In this document: positions 9,084 to 18,011 of the stretch, one piece after another | Layout: each line of letters starts with the position of its first letter | How positions within the stretch are numbered: the first letter of the stretch is position 1 | Origin: Actinomycetes bacterium | GTDB lineage: Bacteria > Actinomycetota > Actinomycetes > JAHEKZ01 | Length of the DNA stretch: 64,000 nucleotides | Reading direction: 5' to 3' | NCBI GenBank assembly: GCA_027118455.1 | Contig: JAJAYZ010000044.1 | Location: 164-64,163 of the forward strand | The notes under the pieces: generated by a model | What the model was told of the DNA's origin: nothing | What the model saw: the letters and a program-made list of their open reading frames with translations, nothing else | Databases searched by the model: none | Made by a program: the position numbers and the translations under genes

Positions 9084-10037
9084 CTAAGCGGTCTTGCGGC
9101 GCGCGGCTGCCTTCTTAGTTGGCTTCTTGGCCGCCGTCTTCTTCGCTGGTGCTTTTGCGGTCTTCTTGGCCGTGGCCCTGGTCGTCTTCGTGGTGGCCTT
9201 CTTCGCTGGTGCTTTGGCCGCCTTCTTTGCCGGTGCCTTTTTTACGACCGACTTCCTCTTCGCCGGCTTGCCCTCGGCGGCCGCGACGCTCGCGCGCAGT
9301 GCCTCCATCAGGTCGATCACGTTCGACTCCGGAGCAGCCTCGGTCGGTCGAGAGATCTCTTGCCCGGCGATCTTGGCGTCGACGAGCTGACGCAGCACTT
9401 CGCGGTAGCCGTCGTGGAACTGGCTCGGGTCGAAGCCCTCGTCAAAAGCCTTGACGAACATCGACGCCATCTCCAGCTCTTGCGGTCGGACGTCAACGTC
9501 GTCGGCGTCCATGAACGAGAAGTGGGGTTTGCGAACCTCGTCGGGCCACAGCATCGTTTGAACGACGAGCACGCCATCCTGCGCACGAATAGTGGCGAGG
9601 CGCTCGCGCTGACGCAGGGCTAGTTTCACGATCGCCACCTTGTCGGTCGCGACCAACGAGTCGTGCAGCAGGACGTACGGCTTCACGTCTCCGGTTGGCT
9701 CGGCGTAGTACGCCTTGGAGAAAGAGACCGGGTTGATTTCGTCCCGCTCGGCGAAGCTGACCACCTCGATCGACTTCGTGGACGCGATCGGCAGGTTTGC
9801 GAGATCCTTGTCGGTAAGGACCACCATGTTCTCGTCCTCGAGCTCATAGCCTTTCGCGATCTGCCCGTACGCGACTTCCGCGCCGTCGACCGAGCAGAAG
9901 CGCTTGTACTTGATCCGACCACCGTCGGCCTCATGCACCTGCCGCAGGGGGACGTCCTTCTCCTCGGTGGCCGAGACGAGGCGAACGGGGATCGAGACCA
10001 GGCCGAACGCGATCGAGCCTTTCCAGACGGTCTGCAT
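9084..10037 (-). CDS. ku: Ku DNA end-binding protein with Lys/Ala/Pro-rich C-terminal tail
   Basis: Canonical N-terminus MQTVWKGSIAFGLVSIPVRLVSATEEKD. The tail reads KKAPAKKAAKAPAKKATTKTTRATAKKTAKAPAKKTAAKKPTKKAAARRKTA. Convergent with the LigD-Pol gene, with a 3-nt gap. Confidence 0.9.
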   Translation of the reverse strand: MQTVWKGSIAFGLVSIPVRLVSATEEKDVPLRQVHEADGGRIKYKRFCSVDGAEVAYGQIAKGYELEDENMVVLTDKDLANLPIASTKSIEVVSFAERDEINPVSFSKAYYAEPTGDVKPYVLLHDSLVATDKVAIVKLALRQRERLATIRAQDGVLVVQTMLWPDEVRKPHFSFMDADDVDVRPQELEMASMFVKAFDEGFDPSQFHDGYREVLRQLVDAKIAGQEISRPTEAAPESNVIDLMEALRASVAAAEGKPAKRKSVVKKAPAKKAAKAPAKKATTKTTRATAKKTAKAPAKKTAAKKPTKKAAARRKTA

Positions 10038-10233
10038 CAGGTGCTCCAGGGGTGGGGCCAGGGGTGGCAATGGGGCAGCAGCCATTCCATGATGGCCCAC
10101 TCTCCGGGAATTGGGTCGTTTTCGCGGTCTTACCCACTCTTCAGGGCGACACACCGGGCCATATCCCGAGACTTGTCAGACCCCCATGTCAGCGTGGGGG
10201 CTGTACGAACCAAAGCCACGAGGAGGAACAGCC

Positions 10234-10422
10234 ATGGCCGGGAGCGCCGAAACAGTCGAGTTCTGGTGCCACGACTGCCGCGATGACTGCCTCTTCGAGG
10301 TGCTTCCTGAAGGCGGCGAGGAAGTGGCTCGCGGGTGGGCCTGCGTGATGTGTGGTGCCGCTTACGTCGGCGCCTTTGATGTCGCGATCGAGATCGAGGC
10401 CGACGTCCGGGGTGTCGCATAG
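10234..10422 (+). CDS. 62-aa zinc-ribbon-like protein (CxxC...CxxC)
   Basis: AGGAGG at 10221-10226, 7 nt before ATG 10234. MAGSAETVEFWCHDCRDDCLFEV...WACVMCGAAY carries two CxxC pairs. Confidence 0.5.
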   Translation: MAGSAETVEFWCHDCRDDCLFEVLPEGGEEVARGWACVMCGAAYVGAFDVAIEIEADVRGVA

Positions 10423-10430
10423 CGCGACCC

Positions 10431-11816
10431 GTGTACACCCTCGTCGTCCTGGGCGGCGGTTCTGCGGGCGAGACCGCCGCCGCGCGCGTCGCGGCAGCTG
10501 GGCGCCGAGTGGCGCTTGTCGAGTCACGGCTGGTGGGTGGGGAGTGTCCCTACTGGGGGTGCGTCCCGAGCAAAGCCCTGCTGATCGCCGCTTCGCGACG
10601 TCGGCAAGCGGGATCGTCACACGAACTCGGTGCCGTCGGTGAGGTTGTCGATCTCGGCGACCCCAGGGCTGCTTGGCGCGAAGCCGTTCGGATCCGGGAT
10701 ATCCGCGCCAAGCACCTCGACGACTCAGAGACCGCGCAAAGTCTGCAGGACGAGGGCGTCGAGATCATCCGCGGTGACGGGCGTATTGTCGCCCCTGGAG
10801 TGGTCGCCGTAGGCGACAACGAACTCCGCTACGAGAACCTCCTGATCAGCGTCGGTGCCGATGCCGTGCTGCCACCCATCCCGGGTCTGGCCGAGGCTAA
10901 GCCGTGGACCAGTGATGATGCGCTGACCAGTGTGGAGCTCCCCGAGTCCCTGCTCATTCTCGGCGGGGGAGCGATCGGGGTGGAGCTCGCGCAGGTGTAC
11001 TCCACCTTCGGCAGCCAGGTTACGGTCGTCGAGGCGCTCGACCGGCTCCTTGCTGCCGAAGAGCCTGAGGTGTCCGCTGCCGTGGGCGACGTGCTGGCTG
11101 AGACGGGTGTGGTCGTCAACATCGGAACGGGGGTCGACAGAGTAACCGCAGACGGGGGACGGACCACTCTTCACCTGAAGGACGGCACGGAGCTCACCGG
11201 TGATCGGCTGCTGGTGGCTACAGGTCGACGTCCGCGCCTTGAGGGCTACGGCCTTGAGAGTCTCGCCATCGATGTCTCGTCCGGGGCGATCCCGACCGGA
11301 AATGACGCACGTGTCGTCGGGCAACGAAACGTCTACGCGGCCGGTGATGTCACCGGACGGTTCCCGTTCACGCACATGGCCAACTACGCCGGACGCGTGG
11401 TCGCCGCGAACGTGCTCGGACAGGATGCGCAGATGCACCTGGACGCGGTGCCACGCGGCGTCTTCATCGGTCCTCCCGTAGCCGGTGTAGGGATATCGGC
11501 GAACCAGGCGCGCGAGCAAGGGCGCGCTGTTGTCCGCGCCACCATGGACGTTGGGGAGACGGCGCGTGGGTGGTTGGAATCGGAGGGTGGCGTGCTCGTG
11601 CTCAACGCCGATGCTGAGCGCGGGACCCTGATCGGTGCGTCCGCGATCGGTCCGCGATCGGACGAGTGGATCTCACAGGTGACACTCGCGATCCGCGCCG
11701 ACATCGCGGTAGCCACGTTGGTCGACACGATTCAGCCGTTTCCGACGGTCAGCGAGGCGCTGTTCCCCGCCTACGAGCGACTGCTGGCACAGTTGCGGTC
11801 ATCACACGCGTGTTAA
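10431..11816 (+). CDS. FAD-dependent pyridine nucleotide-disulfide oxidoreductase (class I, Lpd/MerA-like)
   Basis: GGGSAG dinucleotide fold, redox-active GGECPYWGCVPSK, a second GGGAIGVE fold, and a C-terminal dimerisation region. Confidence 0.85.
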   Translation: MYTLVVLGGGSAGETAAARVAAAGRRVALVESRLVGGECPYWGCVPSKALLIAASRRRQAGSSHELGAVGEVVDLGDPRAAWREAVRIRDIRAKHLDDSETAQSLQDEGVEIIRGDGRIVAPGVVAVGDNELRYENLLISVGADAVLPPIPGLAEAKPWTSDDALTSVELPESLLILGGGAIGVELAQVYSTFGSQVTVVEALDRLLAAEEPEVSAAVGDVLAETGVVVNIGTGVDRVTADGGRTTLHLKDGTELTGDRLLVATGRRPRLEGYGLESLAIDVSSGAIPTGNDARVVGQRNVYAAGDVTGRFPFTHMANYAGRVVAANVLGQDAQMHLDAVPRGVFIGPPVAGVGISANQAREQGRAVVRATMDVGETARGWLESEGGVLVLNADAERGTLIGASAIGPRSDEWISQVTLAIRADIAVATLVDTIQPFPTVSEALFPAYERLLAQLRSSHAC

Positions 11817-11848
11817 CTGCGGCACGGCGCGGCAAGGCCTGGCTCGAT

Positions 11849-12862
11849 CTACTCCGAGATTGTGACAACGATCTTGCCGATGGCTGTCCCTTGCTCCAAG
11901 CGGCGAAGGGCCTGACGGATCTCTGCGAGAGGGTAGGTAGAGTCGATGAAGGGCGTCACGTGCCCGGCTCCGACCAGCTCGGTGAGGATCGCGAGGCGCT
12001 CGTCACGTGGCGAGATCTTCCCGGGTGCTTTGAACTGTGGGACGAACGGCGTCATCACGAGCATGTGCAGGATCCGTCCGATGCTGCCGATGACCGGATG
12101 GCCACGACGTCCGTACTGGTCGTGACCGACGAAGACGTACGTGCCTTCAGGTGTCAGCGCATCCCTGATCGAGGAGAGTGACTGAGTGCCGGGGATGTCG
12201 ATGATGAGGTCGTAGCGATCGCCCGTGGTGGTGAAGTCCGTCAGCGCGTAGTCGATGACGTGGTCGGCACCTAGCGAACAAAGTGCATCCAGCTTTTCGG
12301 CCGAGTCGACGCCCGTCACCTCACCTGCATACGCTTTGGCGAGCTGCACTGCGAAAGTTCCGACGGCACCGCCGGCGCCATTGATGAGAATCCGTTGCCT
12401 CGACTGGACGTCCCCCTCATCTCGGACGGCCTGCAGAGCTATCAACCCAGAGGTGGGGATGGCTGCAGCTTCGATGTACGACAGCTTTTCTGGCATCGGC
12501 GCCAGATCCTTGGCCAAAACGGACGCGTACTCGGCGAACGCTCCACCGTTCTTCCACTGAATGCCGCGGACGCACTCGCCAAAGACGTCGTCACCTGGTT
12601 TGAACTGTGTCACTCCGGGGCCGACTGACTCGACGCGACCAGCGAGGTCGATGCCGGGGATCAGAACCTTGGGACGACGAAGACCGCCACCCATCAGGCG
12701 CATCACGTAGGGCCGGCCGGTCACGACATGCCAGATGTCTGCGTGCAGCGACGCTGCATGGACTCGGACGAGTACCTCGCCAGCACCGACCGACGGCACC
12801 GGGACATCCTCGAGGCGCAGAACCTCGTCGGATCCGTACGCCCGCTGGACGATCGCTTTCAT
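11849..12862 (-). CDS. NADPH:quinone reductase / zinc-type MDR alcohol dehydrogenase family
   Basis: MKAIVQRAYGSDEVLRLEDVPVP..., NGAGGAVG cofactor motif. ATG 12862 is preceded by GGAGGAG. The 100 upstream codons of the track ORF run through an AT-rich intergenic region. Confidence 0.85.
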   Translation of the reverse strand: MKAIVQRAYGSDEVLRLEDVPVPSVGAGEVLVRVHAASLHADIWHVVTGRPYVMRLMGGGLRRPKVLIPGIDLAGRVESVGPGVTQFKPGDDVFGECVRGIQWKNGGAFAEYASVLAKDLAPMPEKLSYIEAAAIPTSGLIALQAVRDEGDVQSRQRILINGAGGAVGTFAVQLAKAYAGEVTGVDSAEKLDALCSLGADHVIDYALTDFTTTGDRYDLIIDIPGTQSLSSIRDALTPEGTYVFVGHDQYGRRGHPVIGSIGRILHMLVMTPFVPQFKAPGKISPRDERLAILTELVGAGHVTPFIDSTYPLAEIRQALRRLEQGTAIGKIVVTISE

Positions 12863-13039
12863 CGACACTCCTCCTCGGATCGGGCAGGCGTGAGAGCTGA
12901 TCGAAGGAGGCGCTCCCTCGTGGGGATACTCGCAGATACCGGTCGTACCCGGACTCAAGCGGGACGCCTGGACCGCTTCCCGGGGGTACCTTCGGCCGCC
13001 TCGTGGGTCGGCGACATTATGTACGATCATATCAATGTC

Positions 13040-13054
13040 TATGTGAATCACATA
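13040..13054. promoter_or_regulatory. perfect palindrome TATGTGA-A-TCACATA inside an AT-rich divergent promoter region
   Basis: Read directly. It lies in a roughly 65-nt AT-rich island (13017-13080) between the divergent genes 11849..12862 (-) and 13078..14253 (+). Confidence 0.3.
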
Positions 13055-13077
13055 CGAAGTTTTATACACTCTGATGC

Positions 13078-14253
13078 ATGGATCCTGTGCGCAACCCTTA
13101 CCAGCCGGGCGCTGGCCGGCGTCCGCCTGAACTCGCTGGGCGCGACGCCGAGCTCGACGCATTCGCCATCCTGCTGCAGCGCTACGAACTGGGCGTCGGC
13201 GAGCGGGGTCGGGTCCTCTACGGACTCCGGGGGGTGGGCAAGACCGTCCTCCTGAACGAGTTCCAGGCCATGGCCGAGGAGCGTCGCTGGGTGACGGCCA
13301 AGGTGGAGGCTGCCGCTGGACGCTCCATCCTGCCCACTCTCGCCCAGGCGCTGCACCGCTCGCTGCGGTCGGCGACCGGCCGGTTTGAACGAGGCAAACT
13401 GCTGGGTCTTCTCCAGGTGTTCCGCGCGTTCAGCCTGAGAATGGATCCGGACGGTAGCTACACGTTCGGCTTCGACGTGCAGGTGGCGTCGGGTCAAGCC
13501 GACACCGGAGATCCTGCCGTCGACCTTCCCGAGCTCTTCGCTGCCATCGGCGCGACAATGCGTGATCTCGGGGTGGGTGCGCTGCTCCTCATCGACGAGA
13601 TGCAGGACGTCCCCGTAGCCGAGCTCCGCGCAATCAACACAGCCGTGCACGAGATGGGACAGGGCGCCGACCCGCTGCCGCTGGTCGTCGTCGGTGCGGG
13701 GCTTCCGTCGTTGCCCGAGGTGCTGGCGAAGGCGACGTCGTACGCCGAGCGCCTCTACGAGTACGTCCCGGTTGGCGCTCTCGACCAGGCTTCGGCACAT
13801 GAGGCGCTCGTCGTTCCGGCCGAAGCGCTCGGCGTCACGTGGGAGCCGGACGCGTTGGGGCGCGTTGACCAGTTCAGCCACGGCTACCCCTACCTGATCC
13901 AGACCGGAGGCAAGTACGCGTGGGACTACGCCGCAACGTCGCCGATCACTGCAGAGGACGCCGATGCCGGGTTGGTGCAGGCACGCCGTGAGGTCGACGC
14001 GGGGCTCTACCGGGCGAGGTGGCAGCGCGCTACGCCGCTGCAGCGCCAGATCATGCGGGCCATGGCTGACCTGTCTGCAGACGAGCCGACCTCGATGGCG
14101 CACGTGGCCGAGGTGCTCGGTCGCGAACGGAATGAGCTCTCAGTACCTCGTGACCAACTCATCAAGAAGGGCCTGGTCTACGCCCCCGATCGCGGACTGA
14201 TCGCGTTCACAGTCCCAGGGATGGCCGACTACGCGCGTCGGCAGCCGGACTGA
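13078..14253 (+). CDS. P-loop NTPase (archaeal-ATPase/ORC-like AAA) with C-terminal winged-helix
   Basis: Walker A GLRGVGKTVLL, Walker B LLLIDEMQD, and a C-terminal wHTH-like segment LQRQIMRAMADLSADEPTSMAHVAEVLGRERNELSVPRDQLIKKGLVY. Confidence 0.75.
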   Translation: MDPVRNPYQPGAGRRPPELAGRDAELDAFAILLQRYELGVGERGRVLYGLRGVGKTVLLNEFQAMAEERRWVTAKVEAAAGRSILPTLAQALHRSLRSATGRFERGKLLGLLQVFRAFSLRMDPDGSYTFGFDVQVASGQADTGDPAVDLPELFAAIGATMRDLGVGALLLIDEMQDVPVAELRAINTAVHEMGQGADPLPLVVVGAGLPSLPEVLAKATSYAERLYEYVPVGALDQASAHEALVVPAEALGVTWEPDALGRVDQFSHGYPYLIQTGGKYAWDYAATSPITAEDADAGLVQARREVDAGLYRARWQRATPLQRQIMRAMADLSADEPTSMAHVAEVLGRERNELSVPRDQLIKKGLVYAPDRGLIAFTVPGMADYARRQPD

Positions 14254-14305
14254 CCGTTCTCTCGAGATCGTCTTCTGGGCTTGGTCCAGCCGCTACGTTT
14301 GCCCG

Positions 14306-15178
14306 GTGGTCATGAGTAGCGGGCGAAGCAAGAGCCCAACGCCGAATGGCAACACCCGGGTCACCGGGAAGGAACAGTTCTACACGCCGCGCCCCGTGGC
14401 TGACGGCGTCGTTGCGCAGGTGTTGGACGTAGTCCCCGACGCAGTGGGCCGCACCTGGATCGAGCCAGCAGGGGGGACCGGAACCTTCATCGACGCCGCA
14501 CGCGCGGTCGGCGTCCTCGATGTCATCAGCTTTGACATCGAACCTCGGCACCGAGACGTCGCCCGAGGCGACTTCCTCCAACAGCAGCTCAACGTGCGAG
14601 ACGCCGTCAGTGTTGGGAACCCTCCGTTCGGCAGGAACAACGCACTCTCGGTGCCGTTCTTCAACCACTGCGCGGACTACAGCGACTACATCGCCTTCAT
14701 TGTGCCCCGCTCGTGGCGAAAGTGGAGCGTGATGAACCGCCTCGATCCGGAGTTCCACCTTGTTGCAGACGAGGATCTGTCCATCAACTATGTCGACAGC
14801 GAAGGCGTCGCCGCTTACGCCAGCACCTACCTGCAGACGTGCGTGCAGATTTGGGAGCGTCGCAAGGAGAACCGGGCAAAGGTGAAGGTGCAGGACCAGG
14901 GCATCGTGGCCAAGTGCAAGCCCGAGGATGCCGACGTTGCACTGACGATCTTCGGTTTCGGTTGCGGTGCCGTGAAGACAGACTTCCCGAGGCGCAAGAT
15001 CAGCACAGACATCTACCTCAAGCTGCTGCACCCGCGCGCTTTGGAGGCACTGCGGGCGGTGGACTACTCGCGCTTCTCGCGCAACGTTGCCTACACCGAC
15101 GCGCTCTCCATCCAGGAGGTCAACTACCTGCTGAACGAATACCTGTTTGGAGACCCAGGTCTGGCTCCAGCGCCTTAG
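14306..15178 (+). CDS. orphan gamma-class (TaqI-like order) N6-adenine DNA methyltransferase, 290 aa
   Basis: Motif X FYTP, motif I IEPAGGTGTF and motif IV GNPPFG in gamma order, with a short C-terminal region. No endonuclease gene is adjacent. Confidence 0.65.
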   Translation: MVMSSGRSKSPTPNGNTRVTGKEQFYTPRPVADGVVAQVLDVVPDAVGRTWIEPAGGTGTFIDAARAVGVLDVISFDIEPRHRDVARGDFLQQQLNVRDAVSVGNPPFGRNNALSVPFFNHCADYSDYIAFIVPRSWRKWSVMNRLDPEFHLVADEDLSINYVDSEGVAAYASTYLQTCVQIWERRKENRAKVKVQDQGIVAKCKPEDADVALTIFGFGCGAVKTDFPRRKISTDIYLKLLHPRALEALRAVDYSRFSRNVAYTDALSIQEVNYLLNEYLFGDPGLAPAP

Positions 15179-15194
15179 CCGGGCCGCGCCGTCG

Positions 15195-16038
15195 TTAACT
15201 GAACCAGCGCGCAACCCGGCTGGTGCCGAAATGAACCTTGTCGGCAGCAAGGGCTTCCGATGGGCCATCGAGGACGCCCGAGGGTGGTTCGCCAGGAACG
15301 AAAGTAACATCCATCCCACCTATGCGGTCGCCGTCGAACTCCAGGTAGCAGGTGCCACGTCCGTCGTAGGGTTTGGCTTCATGCCCATGAATGCTGGCCG
15401 ATATCTGCCGCGCGACGACCTTGGCCTACCCCTCGGCGAAGACCCCAGCCTTCGCTGTGCCGACGCTGGTGACGTCCCCGACTGCCTAGACATCCCAGAA
15501 CGCTGTTTCCAAGGTCTACGCGTCCACCGGGATGCAGCTGTCGCTCAACAGCACCTGCTTCTTGTCGGGATCGAGCCCAGCGACCAGCACGCCGCGGACG
15601 AACTCGAGCCGCGCTCGTTGAATGCCTCCAACAGCGCCGCTGGTGCTGCAGTTGAGGGGGGACGGGGACACCGAACGGAATGACCAGAGAGACCTGGCTC
15701 GTCTCCAGCAGGCCTCGAGCTGTCAGGTAGTCGTGCATGAGAAGTGCGGCTTCACCCGGCGCAGGGGGCACTTCAATGACGTCGAGGTAACACCGATGAC
15801 CACTGATCCGCCGGTGAACTTCGGCAGCGCACCGGCCAGGCTGGCTGATACCGCTGTAGTGATGGCGTACCTCGGACGGCTGGGACCGCCCGAAGACAAC
15901 GTCAAGCTTGGCGAACCCGAAGGTGAAGCCGTCGGTGTGATCGATGAGGACCACATCGAGCGTGTCTCCAAATCGCTCGGAGAGTCAAGTTGCCAGTTCC
16001 AGACCGCCGAATCCGGCTCCAGGGATCACGATGTGCAT
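15195..16038 (-). pseudogene. heavily decayed FAD-dependent (sulfide:quinone-reductase-like) oxidoreductase
   Basis: Hand reconstruction across three frames: MHIVIPGAGFGGLELAT*(TGA 15985-7)LSERFGDTLDVVLIDHTDGF...PPAPGEAALLMHDYL...VIPFGVPVPP | STAAPAALLEAFNERG | LEFVRGVLVAGLDPDKKQVLLSD...DA*(TAG 15516-8)...DV*(TAG 15486-8)AVGDVTSVGTAKAGVFAEG*(TAG 15426-8)AKVVA...YDGRGTCYLEF...FGTSRVARWFS* (TAA 15195-7). It is about 100 aa shorter than family members. Confidence 0.8.
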
Positions 16039-16058
16039 TCGCGAACGATACCGGAAGG

Positions 16059-17396
16059 TCAAACCGACGGCAGAGCCTGAACGGCTTCCCCTAAGCGGTT
16101 CACGATCTCGTCGACGTCACGATCGTCGATGTTCAGTGGCGGCGCGAGCATCACTGCCTCGATGACGCGGCCGCGGAGCGGCGTCGGGCAGGAGTAGATC
16201 ATCAGGTGCCGTTCGCGTGCGAGGGCGGCCAGTGCGTAGGACGATCCGGCCAACGGTTCGAGAGAGTCTTTGTCGGTCACGAGCTCAAGCCCTTGCAGAA
16301 GACCGCGTCCGCGCACCTGGCCGATGTGCGGTGAGCTTCCGGCGATTTCAAGGAGCCCCTCATGGAGACGCTTCCCCATCTGCGCGCTGTTCTCAAGAAG
16401 CCCATCGTCGCGAATGGTGCGAATCACCTCTGCTGCCACCGCACACCCCACTGGGTTGCCCGAGTAGGTGTGTCCGAAGGGAAAGCCTTCTGGTGCCGCG
16501 GCGAATACGTCAGCGATCTCACCGCCGATTGCCAGCCCGGAGAACGGCGTCACGCCGCTGGTCACGCCCTTCGCGAAGCTGAGCATGTCTGGCTGAACAC
16601 CCCAGTGGTCGACGCCCCACCACTGACCGGTGCGGCCAAAGCCGGTGACGGTCTCGTCGCAGATCATCAGGACCTCGTACCGGTCGCAGAGCGCCCGCAC
16701 TCCCGCGAGGTATCCGTCCGGCGGCACGACGGCTGCGGTGCTGGCGCCGGAGATCGGCTCGAGGAATACCGCGGCGACGTTCTCAGGGCCGCGCGCGACC
16801 AGTGCGTCCTCGACCTGTTGCAAGCCGAAAGCGAGTTCCTCCGCAGGCGTCCGCCCAGAGCGAATGTCGGCATTGGGTGCTTGCGCCACCGGGTTGTCGT
16901 CGAGCACGTGCTCGAAGCCTTGACGCCAGCGTGACCCAGAGAGCCCGAGTGCACCGAGCGTCGAACCGTGGAAGCTCGGGTAGCGAGATATGAGCTCGGT
17001 TTTCCCTGGCTTTCCGACGTGCTGCCAGTAGAGGAGCGCCAGGTGAATGGCGGACTCGACGGACTCAGACCCCGACGAGTTGAAGAAGGCCCAGCCTCGG
17101 TCCATCGGTGCAATCTCGCGGATCAATCCGGCCAGCTCGATCATCGGCTCATTGGAGAAGGAGAACCGGTAGGTGAACGTCAGCTTCTCCAGCTGTTCCT
17201 GTGCCGCCTTCACCAGTCGCGGATGGCAGTGACCAAGACTCATCACCATGGCGCCGCCACACGCATCCAGCCATTCAGTGCCATCGCGGTCCCAGATCCG
17301 CATACCGGACGCGTGCGTCGCCACGGGCAAGCGACGTCCGGGCGATGCGGTGAGCGAGTAGTCCGTGTCAGTCACCCGCCGATCGTAGGCGACCAT
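16059..17396 (-). CDS. class-III (omega) aminotransferase, PLP-dependent
   Basis: Class-III pattern: ...DACGGAMVMSLGHCHP..., ...LICDETVTGFGRTGQWW..., SFAKGVTSG (PLP Lys). Start taken at ATG 17396. Confidence 0.85.
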   Translation of the reverse strand: MVAYDRRVTDTDYSLTASPGRRLPVATHASGMRIWDRDGTEWLDACGGAMVMSLGHCHPRLVKAAQEQLEKLTFTYRFSFSNEPMIELAGLIREIAPMDRGWAFFNSSGSESVESAIHLALLYWQHVGKPGKTELISRYPSFHGSTLGALGLSGSRWRQGFEHVLDDNPVAQAPNADIRSGRTPAEELAFGLQQVEDALVARGPENVAAVFLEPISGASTAAVVPPDGYLAGVRALCDRYEVLMICDETVTGFGRTGQWWGVDHWGVQPDMLSFAKGVTSGVTPFSGLAIGGEIADVFAAAPEGFPFGHTYSGNPVGCAVAAEVIRTIRDDGLLENSAQMGKRLHEGLLEIAGSSPHIGQVRGRGLLQGLELVTDKDSLEPLAGSSYALAALARERHLMIYSCPTPLRGRVIEAVMLAPPLNIDDRDVDEIVNRLGEAVQALPSV

Positions 17397-17398
17397 CG

Positions 17399-17980
17399 TC
17401 AGGTGCGCATGAACCAGATCGTTGGGCCGCCGCCTGGAGCGCACTCCTCGCCAACGACTCGGAAGCCGAACCGCTCGTAATAGGCGACGTTGCGCTGCTG
17501 GGCGGTCTCCAGGAATGCGGGCAGGTCATCCCCACCGGCCAGCGCAAGGCCGTGCTCGATGAGTCGGCCACCCAAGCCGCGCCCCCACGCTGAGGGCTGG
17601 ACGGCGACCAAGTCCATGAACCAGCACGGTTCACTGGGCAGGTGAGCGGCGAGCCAGTCCCAGAACTGCCCGTACCTGACACCATTGTCGCCGGTGTGGG
17701 GCGCGATAGCTGCGCGGGTCGGCTGCTCAAGCTGGTCGAATCGTGCCGCAGCAGCGGGCGCAATCCAGGACGCCACAGCGAGGCCGCCCTCGAGCATCCA
17801 TGCCGAACCCACCTCGACGTACATCGACACGATCGGATTGGTCATGGCGATGACCGACTCGACCGAAACCTCACTGGGCAACGGCCACCGGATCATCGGG
17901 TCGTCGTACATCGCGGTGCCGAACGTTTCGGCGAACTGGTCGATGTCGTCGCGGGTGGCTAGCCGCGGGTCCTTCGTCAC
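17399..17980 (-). CDS. GNAT family N-acetyltransferase
   Basis: 193 aa with QPSAWGRGLGGRLIEHGL (Q/RxxGxG/A acetyl-CoA motif). Its stop is 2 nt from the aminotransferase start. Confidence 0.75.
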   Translation of the reverse strand: MTKDPRLATRDDIDQFAETFGTAMYDDPMIRWPLPSEVSVESVIAMTNPIVSMYVEVGSAWMLEGGLAVASWIAPAAAARFDQLEQPTRAAIAPHTGDNGVRYGQFWDWLAAHLPSEPCWFMDLVAVQPSAWGRGLGGRLIEHGLALAGGDDLPAFLETAQQRNVAYYERFGFRVVGEECAPGGGPTIWFMRT

Positions 17981-18011
17981 GCCTGAACCCTAGGGGCTGG
18001 AGCGGTCGGCC

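Noticed and set aside
1285-15988. Possibility that the in-frame TAG/TGA codons reflect recoding (pyrrolysine, selenocysteine or a reassigned stop).
   Set aside because: TAG and TGA terminate intact neighbouring genes (e.g. TAG for the amine oxidase 7216-8 and Ku 9084-6). The affected genes also carry frameshifts and deletions. No SECIS-like or PYLIS-like context was recognised.
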